NCBI GenBank assembly: GCA_964016885.1
Contig: OZ024749.1
Span: 38,316,001-38,380,000 of the forward strand
Direction of reading: 5' to 3'
Origin: Eledone cirrhosa
Lineage: Eukaryota
DNA: 64,000 nt
Both the position numbers and the translations under genes were made by a program. Of the stretch, positions 26,933-41,410 are shown piece after piece. The notes beneath the pieces were generated by a model. The model saw only the letters and a program-made list of their open reading frames with translations. It did not search any database and was not told the DNA's origin. Every line of letters begins with the position of its first letter. Position 1 is the first letter of the stretch.

Positions 26933-27292
26933 TATATATAGTAAATGAGTGAAGAGTAAAGTATCACACTGAGGCTGATTGATGGTTATTTAAACGGTAC
27001 ACAAGTCTATGAAATATTCAGCCTCTTACACGGTATTTTAAAGGGCAGGTAACTCAGTTAATTGAGTAATTGATTATGTATCGTCGACACCGAGGACATC
27101 CTTATATTTTATTTCTTCTGTTTCAGTCGTAACACATATCCAGTCTTAGAATGGCAGTAACGATATATATATATATATAAAGAATTAGTATATCTACTAA
27201 CATATTATACAGATGCATACCTATGCCAGCAAATATATAGGTTTTCTCTTAGTAACTTTGTAGTTCAATGCATGGGGATGCAGAACAATAAT

Positions 27293-27382
27293 ATGAAAGA
27301 CGTAAAATAAGAAATTTATAAAAATTAACTTACTTTTTAGTAAGTAAGTTAATTTTTATAATTTTCTTATTTTACGTCTTTC

Positions 27383-27384
<2 letters not shown>
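27293..27384. repeat. ~43-bp-arm fold-back abutting (TA)n
   Basis: ATGAAAGACGTAAAATAAGAAA...AACTTACTT / AAGTAAGTT...TTCTTATTTTACGTCTTTCAT. Confidence 0.85.
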
Positions 27385-27417
<33 letters not shown>

Positions 27418-27420
<3 letters not shown>

Positions 27421-27730
27421 AAAAGAGTCAGGACCCCGACGGCAGAGCTCCGGCCGTTTCGACCGCTAGATCCGAATTAAGCCACCAGAATTCTATTACC
27501 CGCTAATACCTATTAGTCACTCTACGTCCCTAAGTATTGAGTACTCTGGTGCGTTATGGTTCACCCGGTATCTTACCATACTCTCTTTGTTTATATATAT
27601 ATATATATATAGGAACCATATAGCTCAGCCGTCGGGGTCTTACTGGTTCCTATTACCCACTCTACTACCCCAAGTATTGAGTACTTTGGTGCGTTATGGT
27701 CCACCTGGTTCCTTACCACATTTCCTTCGT
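27418..27730 (+). mobile_element. Two adjacent family F inserts separated by (TA)n
   Basis: Both end AAGTATTGAGTACT(C/T)TGGTGCGTTATGG...CTTACCA...(TA)n. Confidence 0.75.
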
Positions 27731-27742
27731 TATATATATATA

Positions 27743-27789
27743 TAGCATGTCACGAGAATGTATGTATATATATATAGCATGTCACGAGA

Positions 27790-27833
<44 letters not shown>

Positions 27834-27990
27834 CATGTCACGAGAATGTATGTATATATATATATATAGCATGTCACGAGAATTTATATGTATACATATA
27901 TATATATATCCTCGTGACATGCTATATATATATATATATATAAATATATTCGCGTGACATGCTATATATATAAATATAGCATGTCACGTT
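27743..27990. repeat. Array of TAGCATGTCACGAGAAT units in both orientations with (TA)n spacers
   Basis: Plus copies at ~27743, 27775, 27831, 27867, 27977. Minus copies at ~27911, 27951. Confidence 0.85.
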
Positions 27991-28376
27991 GATTTAGTAA
28001 CTAGTAGAATAATGTTATATAGCCTGGTATATTGAGCAAATAAAGCTTGGTGAAACCTACCCTTATTTGGGTCTGAGCAGCTCTTAATGTATTTACTTTT
28101 ATCATATAAGGGAAGGGGTCGCTTGAACCCAAAACATATATGTACACGTATCTTTAGCGATTTCCCTAATGCACTAGCACCATATTTGATTGTTTATATA
28201 ATATAGATATATATACATATATGTTTGTGTGCATGTATGTGTGTGTGTGTGTGTGCGTGTGCGTGTGCGTGTGTGTGTATATAACGAGTTTATAGATTTT
28301 ACTTAAATAGTTTATCGGCATTTATTTACATTATATAGATTGTCTTGTAAGCAGAATGTGTTTTATTATGCACACC

Positions 28377-28493
<117 letters not shown>

Positions 28494-28612
28494 ACATATA
28501 TATATATATATTTGTGTTTGTACGTATATAAATATTTATATATATAAGAGAAAGATAACCAGGAAGAGAAATAGATAGATACATACATACATACATTCAT
28601 ACATACATCAAC

Positions 28613-28643
<31 letters not shown>

Positions 28644-29154
28644 GTGTGTGTGTGTGTATGTGTGTGTGTGTGTAAAATATATATATGAGAAACATAAACA
28701 GGAAGAGAAATAGATATATACATACATACATATATATATACATACATATTTGCATACATACTTGCATACATACATATACATATATCCATATATATATACT
28801 CGCATATATAGAGATATATTATTGTTATCGTTATTATTGTTATTATTATTATTACCTTTACATTAAAGTAAAAATATTCTCTGATTTAACTGATTTCTAT
28901 TGAAAACATAACGAAGAATGATTATTGTTTTACTTTTTATATTATTTTTATATGAATATATATTTTTTATCAGTGGCCAACTTATCGTTAGTTTTAGCGA
29001 AATCAAATCATGTGCTTTGGAGGGAAAAACGAATATGAAAGCATTAACAAAAAAACATAACAGAACAGCCCTAAAAAGTATACATTTAACACTCACATAC
29101 ACATATATATTGTATATATGTATGTGTGTATATATATATATATACATATACATA

Positions 29155-29219
<65 letters not shown>

Positions 29220-29262
29220 ATATACATAAATGTATATATACATGTACATACACACATATATA

Positions 29263-29313
<51 letters not shown>

Positions 29314-29804
29314 AAATGTTTTAAAATTTGGAATTCATTTTGTGAAAACACTTCAAACTTCTATTGATTGTTATTCAAATATGAACAAACAAACAAAATA
29401 ACAAATTACACAAATAACAGAGAAAAAAATATGAGGAAAATTTCGAACACGGAATTAATATTTAAAATACGTTCTTTGTTTATATTTGCGCTTTTTGTTT
29501 TGTTTTTATTTTTTTTTGAGTAGGGGTCTTATTTTTATTTTTGATTTGTTGTTTTATCGTTTTAGGATTTAATATTTTCTTGTTATTGTTGTTGTTGTTG
29601 TTTGCTGAGGTTTTTTTTTTGTTTTTACATTAGCTTTTTTTTAATGAAATTTTGTATGATCATTATCATTATGTCTCTGATAGAAATTATTGTTGTTGTT
29701 GATTTTGTTGTTTTTGTTGTCATTATTATATTGTCATTAATTTATCATATTATAGTATCATTATAATTGCTATTATTATTCTTTTCATTGTTATTATTAT
29801 TATT

Positions 29805-31085
29805 GGTCTGTTCGGACGTCTTTTTGCTCCCTCCCTGTAAGTCGCTTCATTTACCTGTTATAATTATTTGTTGATAAATGTTTCTTGTTGTGTAAGGGAT
29901 ATAAGCCCTTCGTCTTTGCCCTGTGAAGGGGAAAGTATAATATTTGGGCCTTTTGGCCCAAATATTTTAACAATATTTGAACATTTTACTTTTAAAAATT
30001 GTTTAAAAGACATGACGAGCCACATACCCCAGCAATATGTCTGCTGTTGTGTGACAACGGCGTAAAAGTTGAGAGGAGGGTTACAGAAATTAATACAACA
30101 AACACCACCACAAACAACGTGAAAAAAGACAACAACACTAAGAACACTAATTTTTAAAAAATTACCACTCCAACTACAACAATAACAGCGACAACCAAAA
30201 TACAGACAACAGAAAAAAATGCCAACACTGAAAATATAAGTAAGAGCAATGGCAATTATTTAGATTTGTCACATACACATGGATTTCCCGCCATTACCAA
30301 TGTCTACAGGTGTTGTTGTTGTTGTTGTTGATGCCGCTTCTATTGTTGTTGGTTTTGTTGTTATTGTTGGTCTCTCAAGTTTTGATTTCTCTTGTTTGCA
30401 TAACGTTCATTGTTAAAATTGTTATGGCAAACTGTTAATAGTGCGCCATACATTGTCCACGCAAAATTCCCCCGTCATGCCATTTGGCATAACGGGGGAA
30501 TTCCCAGTTCTGTCAGCCGTGGGGCAGTAGCACCGCTGAGAAAGAATCCGAACAAAGAGAAACATATTGATAATTTTAGGCCCCCTAAGTCTACTAAATG
30601 CAGAATTCAAAATTTTAGCCAGGAAGGTCAGGCAGTTTTTATCTGTCTGTTGGTTATGATGGAAGTGGTTGTATGGTGAACATATCTCAAAGTGTTAAAG
30701 ACAAGCACTTTCTTCTTCGGCAACACCCTGATTCACTTTCTCAGGTTTTACTTGAAGAGGAAAATCATGACAAAGAGAATAGGCTCGCTCTGTGGGTACG
30801 CCAGTAGATTGGAAGCGGACTAATGAGACGGGGCACTTGCCCTAGAGATTAGGGCACCTGTTGTTTTATGGATTCTTTTTTCTATGAGGAACTCTCGAAC
30901 GTCTCATTGTTAAAATTGTTAGTGCAACCTTTCTTATTACTATTGTTAAACCTGTTTACATGCAAAACCCACACACCAACACACGCGTACATTCACACAC
31001 ACTATGTTTTCGTCACGTGTCGTCCTAATGTTTTAATGTAAACCCTTTGTGGTGAATAAAGAAATCATCATTATTGTTATTATTC
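29805..31085 (+). mobile_element. Internally deleted, non-autonomous derivative of the Tx1-like LINE
   Basis: 5' part resembles 42780-42900. WHNGGIPSSVSRGAVAPLRKNPNK..DNFRP matches ORF2 at 45355-45495 and is fused to the 46991 region. 3' end AAACCCTTTGTGGTGAATAAAGAAA plus (ATT)-like tail. Confidence 0.8.
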
Positions 31086-32048
31086 GTCCTTCGGGGTCGA
31101 TAAAATATGTACTGGGTAATTGTGACAAAAGTAGAAACAATTGGTCAATGGATTGGTATCATCGGTAGAGCGCCAGATACTATGCTTTGCAGCAATCTGT
31201 GGTTAAAATCTCGCCGAGGTTAGCTTTGTTTTTCATGCTTACGGTGTCCATAAAATAAATCACCAGTAATGTACTGGCATCGAATTAATCGACTTTCTTC
31301 TCCCTCAAAATTGCTGGCCTTGTCCCTAAAGTAGATACAATTATTATCATCGGTGTTGTTGATTGGTGGATTGGCAGTATCGGTAGAGCGCCAGACTCCA
31401 TGCTTTGCTGCATAGAGTTACGGCCCGACACTACCTGAGTTCAAATCTCACCGAGGTTAGCTTTGCCTTTCATCCACACGGAGTCGATAAAATAAAGCAC
31501 CAGTGATGTACTGGGGTTGATTTAATCGACTTTGCCTTTCCCCAAAATTGCTGACCTCTTGCCAAAAGTAGAATCAATTATTATTATTGTGGATTGGCGG
31601 GATCGGTAGAGGGTCGGACGCCATGCTTTCCAGCATAGTTTCGTCCCTTTACGATCTGAGTTCAAATCCCGCCGAGGTTAACTTTGCCTTTCATCCTTAC
31701 GGGGTCGATAAAATAAAGTACCAGTAATGCACTGATTAATTGCTGGCCTTGTGCCTAAAGTAGAAACAATTATTGTTGCCATTGCTATAGTCTGAGTTCA
31801 AATCCCGCCGAGGTTAACTTTGCCTTTCATCCTTACGGGGTCGATAAAATAAAGTACCAGTAATGCACTGGGATAATTGCTGGCCTTGTGTCAAAAGTAG
31901 AAACAATTATTGTTGCTATTGCTATAGTCTGAGTTCAAATCCCGCCGAGGTTAACTTTGCCTTTCATCCTTACGGGGTCGATAAAATAAAGTACCAGTAA
32001 TACACTGGGATAATTGCTGGCCTTGTGTCAAAAGTAGAAACAATTATT
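31085..32048 (+). mobile_element. Head-to-tail cluster of 5-6 SINE copies, the last two as ~136-bp tandem duplicates
   Basis: Repeated GAGTTCAAATCCCGCCGAGGTTAACTTTGCCTTTCATCCTTACGGGGTCGATAAAATAAAGTACCAG. Confidence 0.9.
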
Positions 32049-32259
32049 ATTGTTGCTATTGTTGTTGTTATTGTTGATGTTGTCGTTGCCGTTATTATTA
32101 CCGTTATTATCTTTCGGACACTAAAATGACAGAAAGATACTGAAAAAGGATGCCTTGCAGTATTTAACTGCAATGATTTATATTCTCTTTTCGAATTTAT
32201 TTTTTTACTGGAATAAATGTCACAGTATACAATACAAAACTACAGCTCCAGGAATCGTA

Positions 32260-32440
32260 ATAATTGTTTCTACTTTAGACAAAAGGTCAGTAATTTTGAA
32301 GTGGATGGTACTTTATTTTATCAACCTTTAAGGAAAAGCTAAGCTCGGCTGGATTTTAACTCAGATCCTAAAGGGGCATAACCCAATGCTGCAAAGCATA
32401 GTGTCAGACGCTCTATCGATACTGCCAATCTACCGCCCTC
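32260..32440 (-). mobile_element. tRNA-derived SINE, diverged
   Basis: Reverse complement of the family head and body. Confidence 0.75.
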
Positions 32441-33127
32441 CCGGAATTGTAATAATAAACCTAGAAAATTGGGAAAACGTTGGTAAATATTTAGTCTAAT
32501 GTCGAGATCGATGGTGTTGATGATCTTCCAGAACAATTTCAAGAAAAAAGCATAAGCAACGAAAGCTTTCTAGCAGGTGGCTATTTTAAGGAAGAAAGAT
32601 TTCCTGTAGTAGTAAATGTTTATTGACAACTTACGTATAAACATAAATATTAATTATTTGTATTTGACATTTAAGGTTGACAACTGTGCATATGATTCAT
32701 TCTGTAGGAGATTTATTTTTCTAAATATTCATTCTAGCTATTCAATATTCCACACATCGAGTGTTTCCTCACTTAATAATTGTTTATCGTTGTAAAGTGA
32801 TGAGTCCTGAATTTCAATATTGCTACATCCTAAACCTGCTTACTGTAAGAGGCAACCAAAATATTTGGCTTCAACAAAGGCAGCTGGCATAGAATCCTAT
32901 CCCACAAAATCTCATCCAATCCATGTCTGCATATAAAAGTGGAAGGAAAAACTATGATGATGATGATGATTATTATTTCTGGTTAAGAAGTAATTTTTAT
33001 GTTAAGATTTATTTTTTATGAGATTTTAAACTTCGTATTTGTAAGTTAATTGCATGAGATATAGACAAACTATAAGTTACTATCTCAACTTACAATAAGG
33101 TGAATTACGCCTTTCAAACTTCCTTAT

Positions 33128-33186
<59 letters not shown>

Positions 33187-33329
33187 CACGTGTGAATATA
33201 TGCTTATATATCATTATATAATAACGAGCCCTCCAGCCAGTTTTCCCAACAAAAATCAATATCTACAATCTGGATGTTCTAATTTGCATATTATTAGCGC
33301 CCGTGTTGGTAACTAATTAAGCTATATAC

Positions 33330-33369
<40 letters not shown>

Positions 33370-33444
33370 GTGTGTGTATGTATACATATAGATATACATA
33401 TATACTTACATACACAGACACTTACACATACATATATGTATACA

Positions 33445-33484
<40 letters not shown>

Positions 33485-36400
33485 TTAGAGATTCGGAATA
33501 TCTACTGCTGTGGTTTGTGTAAAAGCGAGGCAAGGAAGGTAGGAAGTGGTGTGATTGGTCGCCATTATATTTTACTTTCTTAGAACATTACAGCAGACAT
33601 CTTATCACACTTCATTCAGATGTAAATGTCTTTAATGTGATAGATGTCAGAAATTTAATACACCACAAACACCAGGAGAGCCACACCTACCATCAACATC
33701 GCCAGCCAGCACCACCATCGAATACCACCACAACCACCACAACCACCACCGTCATCCACTACCACCCACTGTTATCCACTACCATCCATTATAACACACC
33801 ACACTGTCGTCCATTACCATCAGCAATACCATTTCATCACTCCTAACGTTTCCAGCTTCGTTGAAACTTTGTCAGATTTAAGTAAGTCTTCACTAAAACC
33901 GATCTACTGTGAAGACACAAATTCTTAATAGCATCTGCAATAAATGTTCTCCATATAAAATTCCGATGTAGCTTCTTTCTATTTTAAAGTCCATTTTCAT
34001 AATTAAAGAAAAGCCATAAACGACACAGAAGATATCTGTTTTTACTGCCGCCAACGCTTGTACAGCTCAGTTTGATAATAAAAGTCGGCTGGAATAGGCA
34101 TATATTATAAATACCTTCCCCACAAATTATTACATTACATTTTGGTTTTTCTTTTAGGTATTAGCATAAAAACAACGCCATTCATTTTTCCTAACAACCT
34201 TTGCGCTCTAACATGGCTGATAATAGATGCTATAGATATTAATTTGGTGGATTTAGTCAAAACTATTACGCGTATTTTGATTTGTACGACCGATACATAA
34301 TCCAGTTAATAAATACAGCTATAGGTCAGATTTCGAGAAACGATTTAGGAAACACTACTTCGGTTTGCAATTGCAGTTACTTTGCTTCATTTCGTTGCAA
34401 ATGCACCGGTTCAATTTACCGCCCTTCTTCTTTTTCTGGTGTTTCTAGTGTGGCCGTGGGCATGTTAGAGCAGCGCAATAGAAACATCTTTAACGATGTT
34501 TCTGATTAAGAAAGCTCCAGCAAGTTTAAACCTTTATCATAATTTCGTGTGACAAAGTTTAATAAACAGATGTAACGAACTTTTATGCAAACAATGTATC
34601 TGATTTGAGTAAGATATTATTGCCTGTGCCATCAAATTGAGCTACCAAGTAGAGGCTCTCTTGTTGAGTAGTTTCTAATTAGATATTCTTTGTGGCTAAC
34701 TTAAAGTAATCCGTTACCGTTACTGAACGAGGTAGGAGGTATGTCTGTGAATATTAATGATTTCTTCCTCATTTAGTATGGTTCATATATGGCATTCTTT
34801 AAGTAGAATTCTTATCTGCAAGCAGAATGTGTGGCAATGTCATGCTGACTGATAAATATTGAATTGACCAGAAAGTTAAATTGTAGTTGTATAACTACAG
34901 AAATCTGTCATGGCCACGGCCATGGTGATAGCAATATATGCTTTAATTTCATTGCGATATCTTGTCACCTGTGAGGAAGATATACTGATATCGAAGCATT
35001 CTAAATAGAAGCAAATATAAAAAAGAGACATTTACTACTCTTCGTACCACCACCATTTCCAACAGAAATATGTGAGTGTCTTGATACAATTATTTCCTCA
35101 CAGTCGTTAATCAGTTAATATTGGATTATGTTACTTCTAAGATGGTTGAAATTAAAAATGGTCTACTTGAAATATGGACGACATGCTGGAAACACTGCAA
35201 GCTCTACGTGTTATATTACATTGCAATATAATTCTGTATCCTCTACTTGCAGCCACTGCATTAATCTACATCACATAATACCTTGAACTCTATACTGCCT
35301 GCCTTATATTATGCTACAATATATACCTTAGCCTTCTGGAACTTCTTCCCGGGTAATATCTTTACCCAAAACGTGTACCAGCAATAATTTAAACTAAAGA
35401 ATGCCCTTCACTCCAGATCTACTTTTGTTCTGTCCTACACTAATGATCCTCCTGTTCCAGGAATTGAACTCACGACCTTACGATAGTGAACCAAACACCC
35501 TAAGCCACGCGCCTTCACTATACAGTACTATTTTTCTATATTATGTACTACTCTATGGTACTATAGGTATTATTTTGTATTGCACTATATTGTGCTACAC
35601 AACATTACACGACACAAAACAACATTACACTACACAACACTACACTTCAATACACCACACAACACTTCGCATCGCTACATAGCACTACACACTACATAAT
35701 ACAACATTATAGTACACAACACTACAATACATTATACTGCCCTACAACTGCATGTATAGCAAGCACGCCGTTAACAGCAACAACAGCAACACTAGCAGCA
35801 GCAACAACAGCAGTCTTGAATACTGTAAAGCAACTGCATATCCATCAAATACACTTTTAAGTGCAACAGTAACTGCTGCAACAGTAGTAGCATCAACAGC
35901 AGCAATGTTGATTACTGCAAATCAACTACATGTGCAGCAAAGTCACAGTTAACAGCAATGAGTTAAAGAACTGTGAACAGCTGGAGAGAGAAAAAAAAAG
36001 CTGTAACAGCGAAACCAAGTGCAACTCATTAAGCAAGTTCTCAGCATATAACCGTCAACACCATCGCCACCAGCACCACGATCACCACCACCACTATCAC
36101 CACCACCACCACTATCACCACCACCACCATCATCATCAGTGGCAGCAGCAACACGAACACCATCACTATCACCGTCAGCACCACCATTGCCATTGACGAC
36201 ATCACCACTCACAACAACAGCAAGTACAACAACAACAACAACAACAACAGCAACAACAACAACAACAACAACAGATCACATAAGTGTTTCAACATCAACA
36301 GCAATCCTAAATAAAATGAATGTTGAAAAAAACAAAGCCAACAGCTGCAGCAGCATCAATAATAATAATAATAATAGTAACAACAACAACAACAGCAACA

Positions 36401-37289
36401 ACAGTAATAACCACAACAACATCCACAATACATATATATGTCACATCACATCAACAGCAATCCCAAACACAAGAATGATTGGGGAAAAAGTAAAACAACT
36501 ACTACTGCTGCTGCTGCTACTATTACTACTAATACTACTACTACTAATACTAATACTACTACTACTACCACTAGTACTACTAATACTAATACTACGTCTA
36601 CTACTCGTACTAATACTACTACATCTACTACTACTACTACTACTATTACTACTACTAATACTACCACCACCACCACTACCACTACTACTACTACTACTAC
36701 TACTAATACTACCACCACCACCACTACTACTACTACTACTGTTACAAGAACATGTGCAAAAATATGCAAAAATGAATGCCACCAAAACAAGCAGTGTATC
36801 AACAACATAAATAACAAACACTGTAAGAATTGTAACAAATGTAATAACAACAGTAAAATCGTTAAAATGCAGCAAAGCTATTATCGATCGTTGAAATTTT
36901 GTGAAACAAGTCGCATGTTATCGTAATAGTTTTTCTTGACACAATTTAAAAAATATATATATTTAAGACGAAGAAACTTCAGAAGTATATTCATTAAGGG
37001 AGAAATAGGTGTAGAAATGTCGGGGCGTGATTGTGTGACATTGACATTGATGACTTTCCCGAGGGACGTGACTTCGTTCTGTGTAGTTGATACTTTTCCC
37101 GGGGGATGTGGTTTGATTGTGTGTCATTGATGCCTTTTGCGAAGGACGTGAGTTGATTGTTTGGCGTTGATACTTTTCCTGAGGGATGTTTGTTGATGCT
37201 TTTCCGAGAAATGTAAGGTGATTTTGTGGCAGTGATACCTGTCTGAATCTCTGAAGGGCTGTTGTATTGACATCTGTTTATTAAGTAGA

Positions 37290-37580
37290 AGGATGTATGT
37301 TTAAGTTGTTCCACTTACGATCGCAATGTTATAGGTTCAATTCCCGGTAACAGACACTCTTTGAGCAGTTCACTTTATTTCTCGCTACTCCCGACCACAC
37401 GGCTGGCAAAAATGAGTTGCATTTGAAATTCTAAGTCTCACCATGCATTATGTTGAATCTCATTGATAACTACGATAAGGAATACCATGCCTGTGTGTGG
37501 AATGCTCAGTCACTCGCGAACTAATTTAGGAGCAGGTTCTAGCAATTTGAACACGCATCGTCAGAATTGACGGGGATCCT
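37290..37580 (+). mobile_element. Second SINE family (CORE-like), also ~40365-40430, 54715-55130 and minus heads at ~870-975, 2470-2560, 37800-37870
   Basis: GGTTCAATTCCC box B followed by TTGAGCA(A/G)..CACTTTATTTC.CG.T.CT. Confidence 0.55.
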
Positions 37581-38259
37581 ACATCATTCAAATACTTGAG
37601 CTCAAACATCTCTTCGTACATATATAGCTTAGGTGTCGATCCAATTGTGTAGCACCGTGTTAAATATATTCTTGTTTTCTCTCATAGATTTTGCCAAAGC
37701 CTAGTGAATGGAATTTGGCAACCAGAAACTGTGAAACCCGTTTACTATGAACATTATTGTAGGTGGAACAACAAGAAATAAAATAACTTGATAAAAGATA
37801 CAACGCGCCATTGGGAATCGAACTCACGATATTGAGTCGAACATCCTTACTACCGAGCCACGCACCTTCACGTAAATGTTGTTTCATTACAACCTATATT
37901 CCATGTTAAAAGCGAAATATTGATTTTAAAGAAATATCTAACCTCTAAATCAGTCTCCATTGATTCGTACAATATAAACATTTACAGACATATTCCTAGA
38001 GATTCTTCCTTCTTCAACTCTCCATGTTTTCCATAATCTTATTTACACCAGTTTTTCCCCTTTTCTACTTCAACGACCTTTTAATTTCTATCTACTTCCA
38101 GAAAATAGGTGATTGATTTAAATCGAAGAAGAAAGACATTAGATATTAGTACAGTAGTATTTTACAAAACAATGATATGTAGTCATGAATATTGAGAGTA
38201 AAAAGATCACCATATGTGTGTATATGTGTGTATGTGAGTGGGTGTCTACAGACACACTG

Positions 38260-38331
<72 letters not shown>

Positions 38332-38365
38332 TATATTTTATATATATATATATATATAATATATA

Positions 38366-38414
<49 letters not shown>

Positions 38415-38477
38415 ATATTATATATATTCATATATTATATATATAGAAGTAGTTACACAACAGTTAGTTCACCATAC

Positions 38478-38514
38478 CGAGAACAATTGTTTCACCTTAG
38501 CGGATCCTCAGCTC
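38478..38514 (-). ncRNA. Minimal type-I hammerhead (family A)
   Basis: Minus strand: GAG-CUGAGGA-UCC-GCUAA-GGU-GAAAC-AAUU-GUU/CUC, in a ~70-bp insert between (TA)n tracts. Confidence 0.75.
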
Positions 38515-38580
38515 CTAATATTATATATATATATATATATATAATATAAGATCAAAAGATGGTTAAAGGAGTTCCATGTA

Positions 38581-38647
38581 TTTTATTATGCGCATTTCAA
38601 AAACAAACATCATCATGCAATAATATTTGTGTTTTCATCAGATAAAA
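38581..38647 (-). ncRNA. Type-I hammerhead (family E)
   Basis: Minus strand: UUUUAU-CUGAUGA-AAACACAAAUAUUA...UGAUGUUUGUUUUU-GAAAU-GCGC-AUA/AUAAAA, palindromic GCGC loop. Confidence 0.8.
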
Positions 38648-39323
38648 CAGGAGAACATGATATGAAGGCTAAAAAACACTTGTGGATAGTGCAGTTTTAA
38701 ATCAACATATATAGGTATATATATATATATTCATATAGGTGTGTATGTGCGTGTGTATGTGTATACAGGCACTTTATAACATTACAAGTGTAGCCAAGTA
38801 TATAACCGAATCCTATAAATAAGAGAACAGTTGCCTGTAACCCATTTGTAAGAAGTGTACCTAATGCATTATATTTGAGTTTAATAATGAACATAAGAGT
38901 TTGGTGTTCAGAGAAGTGTTAACATTCTTTTAAATAAATTCTCTGATTGATGACACTGTTCCAGAATGACCACAATGGTTTGGTAGGAACAATTCAAAGG
39001 GAAACTCTAAATGCATCATTTCTCATAAAGAAGAAAGAACACCTTGGATAATGTAATAATAAATTGTAAAGCAATGAATCTGTAGAGTCGATAGAAAGAT
39101 TTCTTGTATGCATTGGCCTCTCAGATATATTCCTCTATTGGCCTACCTTACCTGTTCTCATTTCGAGGAAGTTAATCAAAATAATACCAACCAGTCCTTG
39201 GACGAGGAAGGGGGATACTTCCACCTCTCTCTCTCTCTCTCTCCCTCTATCTCTCGCTCTCTCTCTCTCTCTCCCTCTATCTCTCGCTCTCTCTCTTTCT
39301 CTCTTTCTCTCTCTCTCCCTCTA

Positions 39324-39384
<61 letters not shown>

Positions 39385-39429
39385 CTCTCTCCCTCTATCT
39401 CTCCCTCTATCTCTCGCTCACTCTCTCTT

Positions 39430-39513
<84 letters not shown>

Positions 39514-39524
39514 TTCTCTCTCTC

Positions 39525-39591
<67 letters not shown>

Positions 39592-39755
39592 TTCAAGAGT
39601 AAACAATCTTAAGGAGAGGAGAAGAGAGACTGGTGAATTAGTATTATTGTTATTATTATTCTTTACATTCCTTACATTAAACTACAACTATGTTGACAAT
39701 CTTTAAATAATGTCTTCCTTGTGAAATTTGTGGTCTTGTTTTTCTTAACTAATGA

Positions 39756-39808
<53 letters not shown>

Positions 39809-39815
39809 GAGAGAG

Positions 39816-40161
39816 AGAGATTACAGTAATCAAAGTTCAGTTTAAGTCATTTATTTGCTTACAATTGTTTCCTCCAAACCGAGGTTTGGATTCTTCGGAG
39901 CAACTATTTATAACATACTTGACCTCCTTTCAACCCAAGAGACACATAAAACATATGCGCATATTGATCAACAGTGGGGTGACATTCATCAAATGATATA
40001 GCTGTTGATCAATATGCGCATATGTTTTATGTGTCTCTTGGGTTGAAAAGGAGGTCAAGTATGTTATAAATAGTTGCTCCGAAGAATCCAAACCTCGGTT
40101 TGGAGGAAACAATTGTAAGCAAATAAATGACTTAAACTGAACTTTGATTACTGTAATCTCT
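39816..40161. repeat. Fold-back with ~159-bp arms and a 27-nt spacer (39975-40001)
   Basis: AGAGATTACAGTAATC...TTGATCAACAG / CTGTTGATCAA...GATTACTGTAATCTCT, one indel between arms. Confidence 0.95.
40074..40122 (+). ncRNA. Type-I hammerhead with CCGAAGA core variant (family C), mirror copy on minus at 39855-39903
   Basis: UUGCU-CCGAAGA-A-UCCAAAC-CUCG-GUUUGGA-G-GAAAC-AAUU-GUA/AGCAA. Confidence 0.75.
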
Positions 40162-40327
40162 ATATAACTGCTCTGTAAAACAACTGATGTTATTACATTG
40201 AGCTATTTATCTTACTGGTAATAGGATAGTAATTAATGACTATCTCTCACTATTTAGGGTTTGTGTATATATAATATATTACCATCAAAGGTTTTATTGC
40301 ATACATAACCATAAATAGTACCCTTAA

Positions 40328-40367
<40 letters not shown>

Positions 40368-40599
40368 ACCGGGCGATGCGTTATGTCCTTGAGCAAGACA
40401 CTTTATTTCACGTTGCTCCTTCTACCTGGTGTTGCATCCGATTGATAGTTTTAGCAATTGGAAAGACCAACGGAAACATTGTTTCCTCGGTCGGATTTGA
40501 CGAAAGTCGATCGACAAATTTATATATATATATAACTCTTTCAAACTCTTTCCTTCTATTTCTTTCTCTCTCCGGTTCTTCAGATCTACAGAGTTATAT

Positions 40600-40985
40600 A
40601 CTACTGATAGTCCTCAACTAAAGATCCTTGGCTTCACCTTAGCTGCCCACACTGTGGGTGGGTGACATGAATGGGACTGCCATTTTCGTCAGATATACAA
40701 CTGAGTTGAAAGCATTAGCGCCCCCCCCACCCCCACCCCACGATTAAACTCAACTGTGGAATGGGTGGCAACCCAAATTAAAGGGGTTACTCTCGTGAAT
40801 GTCTACGTCCCTCATCTCTATTTCAGACAAATTCGCTCTCTATTTTTGACACACTCTGCATTTATGATGGTGATTTTAACAGCCACAGTACGACGAGGGA
40901 CTACAGTATCACCAATCAAGATGGTGCTACATGAGAGGACTGGTCCTTCACAGCTGAACTATAACTGCTGTTCGGCCCTAAGCTG
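40600..40985 (+). mobile_element. Non-LTR retrotransposon APE endonuclease relic
   Basis: VEWVATQIKGVTLVNVY.P and, in another frame, CIYDGDFNSHS (APE GDFN motif). Confidence 0.6.
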
Positions 40986-41002
40986 CCATGCCATACAATT
41001 TG

Positions 41003-41410
41003 GTGGATTGGAAGAAATAGGTAGAGCGCCAGACACCATGCTTTGCAACGTAGAGTTATGGCCCTTTACGTTCTGAGTCCAAATCCCGCCGAGGTTAACT
41101 TTGCCCCTCATCCTTACGGGATCGATAAAATGAAACACCAGTAATACACTGGGGGTAATTGCTGGCCTTGTACCAAATGTAGAAACAATTATTTTACATT
41201 ATCATTCATTGGCGGTCGATTGGCAGTAATCGGTAGAGCATCAGACACCATGCTTTGCAGCATAGAGTTATGGCCGTTTACGTTCTGAGTTCAAATCCGG
41301 TCGAGGTTAACTTTAACTTTGCCTTTCATCTTTACAAGATCGATAAGATAAAGCACCAGTAATGCACTGGAGTCAATTGCTGGCCTTGTGCCAAAAATAG
41401 AAACAATTAC
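41003..41410 (+). mobile_element. Two tandem tRNA-derived SINEs
   Basis: Two box A/B heads with family bodies. Confidence 0.85.

Noticed and set aside
27743-27990. CRISPR-like repeat/spacer look (also the 33-bp and 52-bp arrays)
   Set aside because: Spacers are (TA)n or absent, orientations are mixed, the context is eukaryotic and there are no cas genes.
31590-31770. tRNA genes suggested by box A/B motifs
   Set aside because: These are SINE heads followed by a shared body. No complete cloverleaf was seen.
33850-35000. Coding-like unique sequence, possibly an old transposon
   Set aside because: I could not identify any diagnostic motif in the short frames.
36139-36926. Mucin-like or poly-Leu/Thr ORFs (also 47748-48628 and 42275-42655)
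   Set aside because: Trinucleotide-repeat tracts with no domain content or supported splice structure.
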